A DNA stretch of 64,000 bases. Origin: Octopus sinensis. Lineage: Eukaryota. The stretch is taken from NCBI RefSeq assembly GCF_006345805.1, contig NC_043008.1:54374001-54438000 (forward strand). Direction: 5' to 3'. This document shows positions 25,326 to 36,800 of the stretch, in pieces. Positions within the stretch are counted from its first letter, which is position 1; each line of letters opens with the position of its first letter. The notes beneath the pieces are model-generated. The model worked only from the letters and a program-made list of their open reading frames with translations, had not been told where the DNA came from and ran no database searches. A program made the translations under genes and the position numbers.

Positions 25326-25952
25326 CTGATAAACTTGAATGAACAACCTGCCGAAATCCAAAACGAAAGTGAAAGCGATACTTCAGATGAAGACGGGGAG
25401 ACTAAAGAAGAAGATGAAGAAGAAAAGAAAAAAAGAAAAGAAGAAAAGAAAAAACGCGCCAATGAAAGGCATTTGAGAAACTGGTGCCCTCAGCCACAAC
25501 GGAGTCGTGTTTATTTCTCAGCTAAACCAGTATGTGAGAGAAAATCAAGCATAGTACCATCAACTAAAACACATTCACCTCGACTGAAAAGCTATCGTAA
25601 ATCTTTTTTAGGGACTTTGATAGGTTATCGTAATGTACTGAAGCCCAAGTCTGTGCGAAGGCGACGCTCTTCGGTAGTAAGCAGTCAATCTACGTCAACC
25701 AATACGTTAGGCGTAGACAATTATTCGTTCGATAACAACAACGGTGTTCAAGAACAATCAGATAACATGCCAAATGCACCGACGGCTGGAAACAGTTCGC
25801 AAGACAAGTATTCCGTATTTACTGTAGAAAATGAAATGAACCGGCCATCAAACGACTCAGAGCTGAGGGGTATGCCGACCAGAGTTGGTTCAGTGTTACA
25901 GACTTACGCAAATCCTTTGTTTGAGACTGATTCCAAGAATACTAAACTCTAG
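25326..25952 (+). CDS. amt: Amt terminal exon encoding a long cytoplasmic tail
   Basis: tttcag acceptor in phase 0 matches the preceding donor. 208 open codons to TAG, in frame with the ORF-track entry 25335..25952. Linkage is inferred from phase and position, not homology. Confidence 0.8.
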   Translation: MINLNEQPAEIQNESESDTSDEDGETKEEDEEEKKKRKEEKKKRANERHLRNWCPQPQRSRVYFSAKPVCERKSSIVPSTKTHSPRLKSYRKSFLGTLIGYRNVLKPKSVRRRRSSVVSSQSTSTNTLGVDNYSFDNNNGVQEQSDNMPNAPTAGNSSQDKYSVFTVENEMNRPSNDSELRGMPTRVGSVLQTYANPLFETDSKNTKL

Positions 25953-28900
25953 TCGGTCAAACGAGTTCACTGAACATGACTGAAGTACAGTCTAGAAAGT
26001 AATGAAGTTAGAAAAGGGCAGTCGGACTATAGAGGGCGCCGACGTGTCGATAGAAGAACGGGGTTTATCTATAGAAGCCAGCAGGCGACCTGTAGAAATA
26101 TTGGCGAAGCTATAGAAAGGCCGGTTCGACTATAGAAGAAACATTATATTTTTGTAGATAAATAGATAACACTTGTACTTAAAAGTACATAACCCATCTC
26201 ATCGAGAGAAGAGGGGGAAAAATTACGAGGTATTTTTCAAAGAATCTCAATAAGAAATTCAAAATTAATTGAATTATCTAAAACTGTTACAGCGTCTGTA
26301 GAAATAATGCAGAACAGAATGGTGGAATCTCGAATATATTATGCAAAGTAGATATGTATAATCTACCTATTCATCTATTTATACACACGTACACACACGG
26401 TAAATGTAATATATGTACGTATTTAGGTGTACATATGTATGTATGTGTGTGAGTGTTAGTGTTGGGGAAATATGCTTGTGTAGAATTATACCTGTAATTC
26501 AAAGAGTGATCTTTGTCATGTACTGAGTACGTCTAAGGAATACTTTAAATGTACCGGTGTCTGCGGAATACCCAACATTAAACTATAATTTAATGAGTAA
26601 ATAGCTACATTGAAAAAAAGACAATTGGAACACACATCACCGTCGAAAGTGATGGAGGACCCGTTTATTTACAACAATTTCTTTCCTGTCCACTTTAGCC
26701 TTATCAAGATCCATAAACACGCAAGTACGAAACTGTTCTTCGCCAACTGTGTGAAAGCAGACTACAGTGTATCCCATTCCCAAAGACTAATACCCTTCTG
26801 CTATACCAACTGTCTAATTATTGTCCTACTAACTAACATCTTAAAGGTGATTGAAATGACCCCCAAAGAATACCATTTCCTTCATCATCTCGAGTTTTTC
26901 TTTCCATCTAGTAACCACCACTGCAGTTTCCGTACAGCTAGATCTAAGACCCAACTTCCCTATGTCATTTAGCAAAGTTTTACCCTCTGAGAACTTTTAC
27001 GAATGCGATCATTGTTGCTTTTTACTTATGCCGAGCTCAGGAACCTTCATGCTAAGGTCTTCTATGAAAGCAATGTTTCTTATCTCTCGAATTGGTAACG
27101 ATACTCTTTTTAGTTCTTATGCTTACGACTTCAGTGTATCTCAAAGTTTTGTTATGTCTCCAACACCCTTCTTTCCACACAATAATTACCAATTTTAGTA
27201 ACATACACCTCTACGCAGATGCTGCCGCTGTTTAATTCCCTATAAACTTCCGAACCCATGTGTAATCAAACATAAAACCTAAACAGCCTTACTCTAAACA
27301 TTCATTGTCTCCATGTACAGAGTCTTTGAAGCGGCATTACTCAACGGAATCAATACATAGATGGAATATAAATATCAAAGAAGCAGTCTTAGATCACATC
27401 TTGCCTTCAGAGGGACAGCATAATATCTTAGGCAAAGGGTTAAGAGAAATGGGGAGTAGTGTTAATGCCACAAAAATATTTAAGAAAGCAAAGGACGACA
27501 ATAAAATAATTGATTAAAAATTTAAAGAAAATGCTACGAATTTATAGTTAAAAAAATTATTATAAGAACAGATGCTAATAATTATGGTAAAGCGGTGAGC
27601 AGGTAGAATCGTTACAGCATCGGACATAATGCTTAGCGGCATTTTGTCTGTCATTAAGTTCTCAGCTCAAATTCCTCCGAGGTCCACTTTGTCTTTCATT
27701 CTTTCGGGATTGATAAAATAAGTATCAGTTGAGCACTGGGGTTGATCTAATCGATTTACCCTCTCCCACAAAATTGCTGGCCTTGTGCAAAAATTTGAAA
27801 CCAATAATTATGAAGAGTGAGCTGTCAATAAAGGAGTTTATAAAACGATATAAGATTATATGGTGGTAGGAAAAAAACCGCTGAAAATATTATATACAGC
27901 AACATTGATAAAACTACATTCAAAAATTTAGGTTTTCCTTTCCTAACATAAATCATTCAACTTGCATCATAAACTGATTTCTTCAAAACTGAGGTGTAAC
28001 ACGAGTTGAAATATTCCTCACATATTTAGGACGACGCCGCCAAAGCAAATCCGAAACACTTTAAGTACGCAACCAAAAAAAATATTTGACTCACTAGCCA
28101 ACAGAATGACCCTTCCACCCATATCCACTACCCAGTATAATTATCTCTCTTTTTTTCTTATCTTTACTGGGACTGATTCCACCCCTATCTCCACCCGAAT
28201 ATCGCACAAAAAAAAACAACTTTTCCTAGTCACTCCTCTGCAGAAGTTCTAGAAGTATACTCTGGACTATACATCCAGTGTGTTTCTTTTTGAACTAGAT
28301 TGGAGACTTGGTTGATATTTCTAGCAGGTCGAGTGACCGTATAGAGGCTCCATCGTTGACTCGTCTCCAAAGTTGTTTTCTTAATTTGAAACACATCCTG
28401 ATAAACAACAACGCCTGGTTAACAAATGTGGGTGTCCAAAATGCAATATTTCAATATTTTTTTAAGTGACAAAAATGAAACCAACGAAGAACACTTCCTA
28501 AATTTATGTAAAACAAAAATAGTCGTAGTCTAGTCTTAAAAAATTTGTTTTTTGTTGGGGGTTTTTTTCTATCTCAATTTTCCATTAACGTTCGTTTTTT
28601 GTTCATATATATTTTACGATTTCTTTTTCAACAGTTATATATTCAGGATATCCAAATGTATTTCGCCTGATTTTGATTAAAAAAAAAATTAGCCTCAAAA
28701 TTTGAAGAATAAAAGAAAAATTAAAAACTTGAACTGTTCTTCTTGTGTTATTAATTCACTCAGTTTTCAGGTGTTTCAAAACGTGTTTCTTGACTTACAA
28801 ACAATCTGAAATTCCCAAATACCTTCTTTTATTAAAGAAAAAAAACAGGGTGCAAGATGTGATATTGACAAGAAATAATAATAACAAGAGCATTCAGAGA

Positions 28901-29229
28901 GTACAAACCTCCACCAAGGCAACACCAACATCCTGATTTCTTTTATTAGGCACAAGGCCTCTTATAAAGATGGGACGATACAAAGACAGACAAAGTAATA
29001 CAGTGTGGTACACAAAACATATAACAGGTGAAATTATGAATAATGATGAGATGAAATGACTTACCTGCTCCCCACAAGCAGGCAGTTCCATTTTACTGTT
29101 TATGTATCACACAGTTCATTATTCTTTTTTCCGTCATTTTTTTTTTTTAAGTCATTATTTTAAATTTCTAAATATTTCACTACATCATCAAATACCACCA
29201 CTGGTGGAAACTCATTGAATCGAAACTGA

Positions 29230-30150
29230 GGCAAGAAATATGGCACCGTGGAGGTACGTTTCGCGAGTGAACAAGAAGCGATAAAACACTTCATTGTGCC
29301 TTTGAGATCAACTGAGTGGGTACTACTACCAACCTACTGTGGCAAACGTGCAGCCTGAGTTAGGATTGGTAGAGTGCCCCCAGAAATTGACGAGGCGTGG
29401 CTGGTGGCAGCCATCCTCTAAAATACAGAAGAGGAAACTGAAATGCTTAAGATCACAAGAACTACGGAGGTAAACTGATGGGGATACGGCCTTGAGGTGA
29501 CGGTTCACATCAGTTTACCAGACCGCCACAAAATTGCAGAGGAATTAGTGTTAGCGGACGAGACGAAGCTAAGAGTTGTAGTGGAGGGAAGACCTCCTAT
29601 ATGTTTTCAGTGTGGAGTACGGGGACACATGAAAGCTAATTGTCCCCAGAAACACGAAGAGGAAGTAACGGAGATGGAACAGCAAGGGAAGATAGAGGTG
29701 CAAGGCGTAGAGGAGCAGAGGCCAATGGAAAATATGGAAGAAAAACACACAGTGGTGAAGAGGAAGAAAAGACAAAAAAAGAGCTCCATGAAGAAAAGAA
29801 AAGGAAGTGCAGTGGAAAGGCAAGGGTTACCAAAAGGAGGAAAAGCGAACGATCAGAAAAGAAACGAGATGTCGGCAAAATTAAGCGAGAAAGACGAAGA
29901 GAGAAAACAGAGAGCGATACCAGCAACTATAAGGGAGGAGAAAGTAAAAGGACATGAAAAAAAGGAAGATAGAAGAGAAATGACAACAACATCGAGTGAG
30001 AGACAAGCAGAGAAGAAAGAGAGGGATAAACCAGCAACAGCAGAGGAGATTAGTGATGGAAATCAGAAGGTAACACTGAAGGGGAAAACAATTAAGGACT
30101 ATGACACAGTACAGAAAAAAATGTGGAAATTTAAAAAAAAAAAATCATGA
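29230..30150 (+). pseudogene. Tx1/L1-like ORF1 (gag-like CCHC knuckle) with in-frame stops
   Basis: LRVVVEGRPPICFQCGVRGHMKANCP (CX2CX4HX4C at 29602..29643). The same frame upstream has stops at 29356, 29419 and 29476. Confidence 0.75.
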
Positions 30151-30336
30151 AAATGAAAAATGTAATTAGGGAGTGGGGATGAGGAAAGTCGATCATATCA
30201 ACCCCAGTACTTGAATTGTACTTAATTTATCGACCCCGAAAAGATGAAAGGTAAAGTGGAACCCAGAATGTAAAGATGGACGAAATGCCGCTAAGCATTT
30301 TACCTGGCGTTCTAAGGATTCTGCCAGCTCGCCGCC

Positions 30337-30391
<55 letters not shown>

Positions 30392-30410
30392 TAACAACAA
30401 CAACAACAAC

Positions 30411-30446
<36 letters not shown>

Positions 30447-30918
30447 GGACTCTCTTATCAAAAACGCCGAACGACCTGCACAAATGATTTGTTTACAGTG
30501 ATCAATGTGTGTACCGTACATTAGCCCTCTCCCTCCATCAAATCAATGTTGCCTATACAGGTGCACAGTGTAACCACGCGCCAGGTGTCGAAGTGACCAC
30601 AGAGTAACATGAAATGAAGTGTTTTGCTCATGAACACAACGCACCACCTTGTCTAGGAATTGAAACCACGATTTCGTGATCGTGACAGCAACACTGTAAT
30701 CACTTGCCATCTTAAGCAAAAACTGTTCCTGTTCTTGTAGGTTCCTTAGGCATGATAAGAAAAAGGGATGTCAGAAACATATAGACAACATCCCAGGAGA
30801 ATCATGTCTCAAAGTGATATGGTTGGTGTTTATTTGTCTGATAGCCTTATAGCCTAAGCAAAAGTCTGGTGGACCAATTCTTGTATGTGTATGTATATAT
30901 AGATATATATATATATAT

Positions 30919-31918
30919 ATAATTAATTAATAAGGGTGAGAGAATTAGATACTAATTTAATAGTATATCTATTCAACACCAAGTGGCCTAGTGCTCCGAG
31001 AAACCTGGATTATTATAATATTTTATAATATATTATAATATTTTTACAAAATAAATATAAGAGAGTGGTCACTATATGGCTCACTCTAGCACCAGTTAAT
31101 CCAAAAGGTTTCAACCACAAAAATACATGTTTCCCATGAAAGTCAGTACGATTGTTAGCTCACACGGACAGGACAAATAAAAAATAACAAAAATATAGAT
31201 TATTTTGGGACAATTGTTTCGCTATTAATGAATTAAATGTAATTTTACTTACAAAAAAATCCACTTGTAGCTCGTCAGCCAAAAATCCACTCAATCACAC
31301 GCCAGATTTTACCATAACGATAAATACGCGTGTGGTTCAATTGATTACATCCGACGTTATAATTCAAATGCCCCAACTAACAGCGCGCCAAACTTTCACG
31401 GAAAACAAAGACTGCATTTAGAAGTAAATGTAGCATAATTATAATTAATTAATAAGGGTGAGAGAATTAGATACTAATTTAATAGTATATCTATTCAACA
31501 CCAAGTGGCCTAGTGCTCCGAGAAACCTGGATTATTATAATATTTTATAATATATTATAATATTTTTACAAAATAAATATAAGAGAGTGGTCACTATATG
31601 GCTCACTCTAGCACCAGTTAATCCAAAAGGTTTCAACCACAAAAATACATGTTTCCCATGAAAGTCAGTACGATTGTTAGCTCACACGGACAGGGCAAAT
31701 AAAAAATAACAAAAATACAGATTATACATTTAATTCTCTTAATAGCGAAACAATTGTCCCAAAATAATCTGTATTTTTGTTATTTTTTATTTGCCCTGTC
31801 CGTGTGAGCTAACAATCGTACTGGCTTTCATGGGAAACATGTATTTTTGTGGTTGAAACCTTTTGGATTAACTGGTGCTATAATGAGCCATATAGTGACC
31901 ACTCTCTTATATTTATTT
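30919..31918 (-). mobile_element. HHR-bearing non-autonomous element (Penelope/retrozyme-like): 285-bp direct repeats plus inverted copy
   Basis: 30919..31203 is nearly identical to 31441..31725 (522-bp period); 31726..31918 is an inverted partial copy; (TA)n on both sides; no ORF. Confidence 0.7.
31203..31284 (-). ncRNA. Type I hammerhead ribozyme, canonical core, GUC cleavage triplet
   Basis: Minus strand reads TTTTGG-CTGACGA-GCTA-(43 nt)-TAGC-GAA-AC-AATT-GT-C-CCAAAA: 6-bp stem I, G10.1-C11.1 stem II, palindromic stem III ACAATTGT. Confidence 0.85.
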
Positions 31919-32172
31919 ATATATATATATAATATATATATAATATATATATACTCATTACAGATATAGGGTGAAAGATTATTAATTTAATAAAATCAAC
32001 AAATTACTGTTATAATTATATATATATATACAAGAATTGGTCCACCACACAACTTTTGCTATATATATATATATATAAATATAATATAATTCGAGACAAA
32101 ACCACTATTTTAAAACCAAACAAGGAAAGACTTAATCAATATATAAAATTTTAATATAAATTAAATAAACCG

Positions 32173-32216
32173 CCACTACAATTGTTTCATGTCTGCTACC
32201 GACAATCTTCAGGTGG
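32173..32216 (-). ncRNA. Minimal type I hammerhead motif (inverted twin of 32498..32541)
   Basis: Same motif on the opposite strand with core CTGAAGA (differs only at the free N7 position). Confidence 0.65.
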
Positions 32217-32497
32217 ATTTTCGATCTAAAAATATCAATATTTTAAAATATAATTTTAAATAATTTAAAATAATAAAATAATAAAATAATAAAATATGAG
32301 AACTTTTATAATAGGTTTTTATATTCAATTGTTTATAGGGTTTATTTTAGATTATTTTAGATTATATATTGATTATATATAGATTATATATTTTTATTTT
32401 TATATTCTTTCATTGATAATTTTATTATTTTATTATTTTATTATTTTAAATTATTTTAAATTATATTTTAAAATATTGATATTTTTAGATCGAAAAT

Positions 32498-32541
32498 CCA
32501 CCTGATGATTGTCGGTAGCAGACATGAAACAATTGTAGTGG
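32498..32541 (+). ncRNA. Minimal type I hammerhead motif
   Basis: CCAC-CTGATGA-tTGTC-ggtagca-GACAt-GAA-AC-AATT-GT-A-GTGG. U-U mismatch at the base of stem II. Confidence 0.65.
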
Positions 32542-32711
32542 CGGTTTATTTAATTTATATTAAAATTTTATGTATTGATTAAGTCTTTCCTTGTTTGGTT
32601 TTAAAATAGTGGTTTTGTCTCGAATTATATTATATAATATTTTACTATAAAATTGGATTTAACCCTAAATCTGATTTTTCCCTGTAATTTTGGATTCATT
32701 CCCTAATATTT

Positions 32712-32783
<72 letters not shown>

Positions 32784-32784
32784 A

Positions 32785-32837
<53 letters not shown>

Positions 32838-32879
32838 CAGATAACTTAGATATGTATTGACCAAAGATTGGTCGAGGGC

Positions 32880-34010
32880 ATTCTAACTTAATAGCACCAC
32901 CTGACAGGATTAGCTAAATCCTTTTAAGCCAAGCTTTGAGGTATCAAAGTCCATTCGAGTAGTGAGTTCTTGTTGAATATGCTGTATCCAGGTATAGGTG
33001 GCTTATCTGGTATTCCTTGAAGAAATTTATCTAGATTCCGTTTAAAGGGTTCCTCTTTGATCTGTTTCGGGACAATGTTAAATAAAGCAGGGCCTGTTGA
33101 GGAAAAGAAATTGTGTAGCAGTGTATTTATGTGTTGTGATCCTGAATTGAGTAGGGAACGTATGGTCCGTGGTCCTAGCCTTGGATGAATTCTAAAACGA
33201 ATGTTAAGGTAGTTTGGACAATACTGGTGGTATATTCTCCACATCGTGCAAATAATGTACTGCTCACGGCGGCGCTGAAGAGAGTAGATCGTGAAGGCTT
33301 TAAGGCAGTCCCAGTAATCGAGATCAGTCATGCCCTTAATTCGTTTAGTGAATGCCCTCTGGGGTGATTCAATTTTCGAAAAGTTTTGTTTTGTATGGGA
33401 AGAGCACAGGGGCAAGCAGTATTCGAGGTGTGGCCGTTCAAAGAAGGAGAAACGATGTGTGGCTCTACAAGAAGCCAGCAATCCTTGATCTCACCACCCT
33501 TTCAAACACTTTAATGATATGGGAGGTGAGTGAGATTGGGCGATAGTTGACTGCGAGGGATGTGTTTCTCTATTTGAAAACGGGATGACAGACTGAGATA
33601 AGAGCTATTATAATCTAAGTCTAAGGAATTTCTCCAGAGGTTGGTTAGAGAGACTGCAAGTTGGTTTCTACATTCCTTCAGGAGACTAGCGGGGAATTTA
33701 TCAGGGTCTACAGAAGAATAGTATTTGATCTCATTTATTGCTGCTATGATGTCTGAAGCAGTAAAGGTTACGTCCGAGATTATATGTTGAGGATCGACAT
33801 CGTTCACATCATTGCGTCAATACCAGTGGGATCATTAAAGACAGAACAGTGTTTTTTCTGCAGTACTTCTGCCATTTCTTTAACATCATGTTGGAGAATG
33901 CCGTTATCTTTGATCAGTGTACCAACGAGGGAGACAGGGTTCCTATGCTTTTTTGCATATGAATAGAACACTTTTGGGTTCTGCTTCATTTTTTTTATTA
34001 CCCACTGTTC
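32880..34010 (-). mobile_element. CR1/L2-like LINE ORF2 remnant lacking the RT core
   Basis: KQNPKVFYSYAK; IAAINEIK..DPDKFPASLLKEC; NYRPISLTSHIIKVFERVV; then directly RPHLEYC...IESPQRAFTKRI...YSLQRRRE. Confidence 0.85.
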
Positions 34011-34648
34011 CTCTGCAGCTCTTTAATTTTCAATGCAGATTTTCATATTGGTCTGCAGATGAAGTTTTCCAACTCCAGCCTTTCCACTGTTGCTGAAGGT
34101 GGATGCTGTCTGTGGGAGCATTTTAACTGGTTGATTATTTGTGTATATAAGTTTATTTTTATTTCTCGTATTGTATTTTCTTGTACATGTATTTCCATCT
34201 TGTATTTTATTTTGTATTTTTATTTGTATCGTTTTTACGTCTTGTTTGTGTTACATTTTATTTTTTTCTTTCTTGTTTTTACCCCTCTGCGAAGTAATTT
34301 TATTTTAATTCTCTCGCAGGAAGGGCTAGTTTCGACGAGTCGTGTTCTGTCTTACCTTCGAAACACGCTAGAGTCGAACTAGGGACAGCTGATGAAGGGG
34401 ATTTTTCCTTGTGTAGTTTGTCTTGTACTCTGTTTTCTGTTGTAAACAAATGGTTTGTTCCATGCTTGTTTTTCCTTTTTCGGTTCTCGTTGAGTTCCAT
34501 ATCTAGTTGTGGTGTCCTGTACTTACGTATATGTTTATATATGCATGTGTCCTGTACTTACGTATATGTTTATATATGCATGTATATGTACATGTAGATG
34601 TAGGTACGTACATATATGTTTGTATGTATGCATATATTTTATTTATTA

Positions 34649-34746
<98 letters not shown>

Positions 34747-34867
34747 CTGTGTGAGTTAGAAGCTGGGAAACCAACCAACTATTCTTCTAATACTTTTGAG
34801 ATAGACATACTAGAATGTCTACCGACTGATGTATGTCGTTTTTGTATCCTCTCCATTTTCTTATTTG

Positions 34868-34924
<57 letters not shown>

Positions 34925-35289
34925 TATTGATGGAAAGAAAATGGAGAAAAAAATGGATGTATGAATAATTTATTTGTATGATATAAAATTGTTAAATTTT
35001 TTTGAAAAATATAATAAAACAAGCTCAAAAAATTTGAGCTTTACAATTTACAATTTATTTCTATTGTTATGTTTTTAGAAAAAAAATTCATCATTTTTAT
35101 ATCATATAAATAAATTATTCATGCGTCTATTTTTCTCCATTTTCTTTCCTTCAATATTAATAATATGTATTACTACAATAATCCCTCATATATAGCAGTG
35201 ATTTTTGTATTATACGATAGTGATTAACCGGTGGAATCTGTTGGATTATATAATTCCCAATGTGGATCTAACTTCTTCGAATTGACTAC

Positions 35290-35323
<34 letters not shown>

Positions 35324-35328
35324 GTATG

Positions 35329-35364
<36 letters not shown>

Positions 35365-36685
35365 ATGAGTAAGATCCAAGGATTCAAGTGCTGAAAGTTT
35401 GTAAGTTTCAGGCAGTCTGTAGAAGGTGTAGAAAACAAAAAGTGAACCGTGTACGTATGGCGAGTTAACTTCGGATTTCCAATCGACAATGTAACCTTTA
35501 TATAATTAAAGTACCCTCGGCCTGATGAATAGCTATCTGAGTACCCCTCGCTGAGTAATAATTACATCAGAGGATCTACTAGCTAGGAAACATATGTATC
35601 CTGGATTTTACCTGTTTCACTCCCTCAATTTGGATTTATAAACATCTGCTACATATATCAGAAATTCTGTCTGTGTTTGTGGAGTTGTTAGCTAACACCT
35701 CCTACATCGTTTTATCGATTTTGATGAAACTTGACACGAGTAGCACTCATATCTGGAAACCTCATGGCATACTTAGATTGTTGAAAAATCGATAATATAT
35801 ATCTAATATATTTCGTTTTAACAGCCAAGGAAAATAACCCATTCGCCCAGATTTTAACAGCCAAGGGAAATAACCTATTCATTTTCCTAAATCATTTGGT
35901 ATAAATCAAATTGAGTATGCTTATTTCTTAGTATTTAAACTGTTAGAGTTATTTTCGTAATTTATCCACTGCAACACTTAAACAAGTAAATACAACCCTT
36001 AAACAATCGATCCACTTATTTCGGTTAATGACTTATTCACGAATATACCAACACTAGCGCCCCTGAGGGTAATATTCTCTGGGAATGCACAAAAGTCCTT
36101 TTCAGAGTTATTTACTTTGAATTGTTATCATCTCATATCCGATTAGCCTATTATTGCATAACATGCTTCACGATTTTAGTATGCATACCTTATTAGTATT
36201 TCCTCCTATGTTATATATACTCTGAGAATGCATTAAAGCACTTTTCACTTTATTTGAATTCTTACTATCGGGTAACAATTTGGGTATTCATAATTTGGGT
36301 ATTCATAATTTATTGGGAATTCCTAAAAACAAGATCCTGTGTAACACAGTTCGGTATTCTCTGTAAATGGGCAAAAACCGTTTTAAGGGCTACATACTCT
36401 GTATTGTTGTTATTGGATTAACGAAACAATTATGTGAACGGAACCGAGGGATAAGCCCCACTTTCCAGGGTATTACCGGGTACGTCAGCAAGTACATACA
36501 TATATACATACATACATGTGTGTGTACGTGTATGTATACGACAAATTTCCACAGTTTCCGCCAACCAAATTCATTCACTGAGCATTGATCGACCCGGGGC
36601 TATAGTAAAAGACATATACCTAAAGTACCGTGTAGTGTGACTGAACCCGAAACTGCGTGGTTGTGAAGTGATATATATATATATA

Positions 36686-36800
<115 letters not shown>

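Larger units (their letters stand above)
32080..32634. repeat. Foldback with ~216-bp arms, each carrying an HHR motif
   Basis: 32080..32295 is the near-perfect reverse complement of 32419..32634. Confidence 0.9.

Noticed and set aside
26560-27540. Possible decayed retroelement ORF
   Set aside because: Looks like old coding sequence, but I could not recover a diagnostic motif in any frame.
29065-29091. Minus-strand MELPACGEQ followed by a GTAAGT donor, resembling the CBX/Polycomb start MELSAIGEQ
   Set aside because: Only 9 residues; I found no downstream chromodomain exon.
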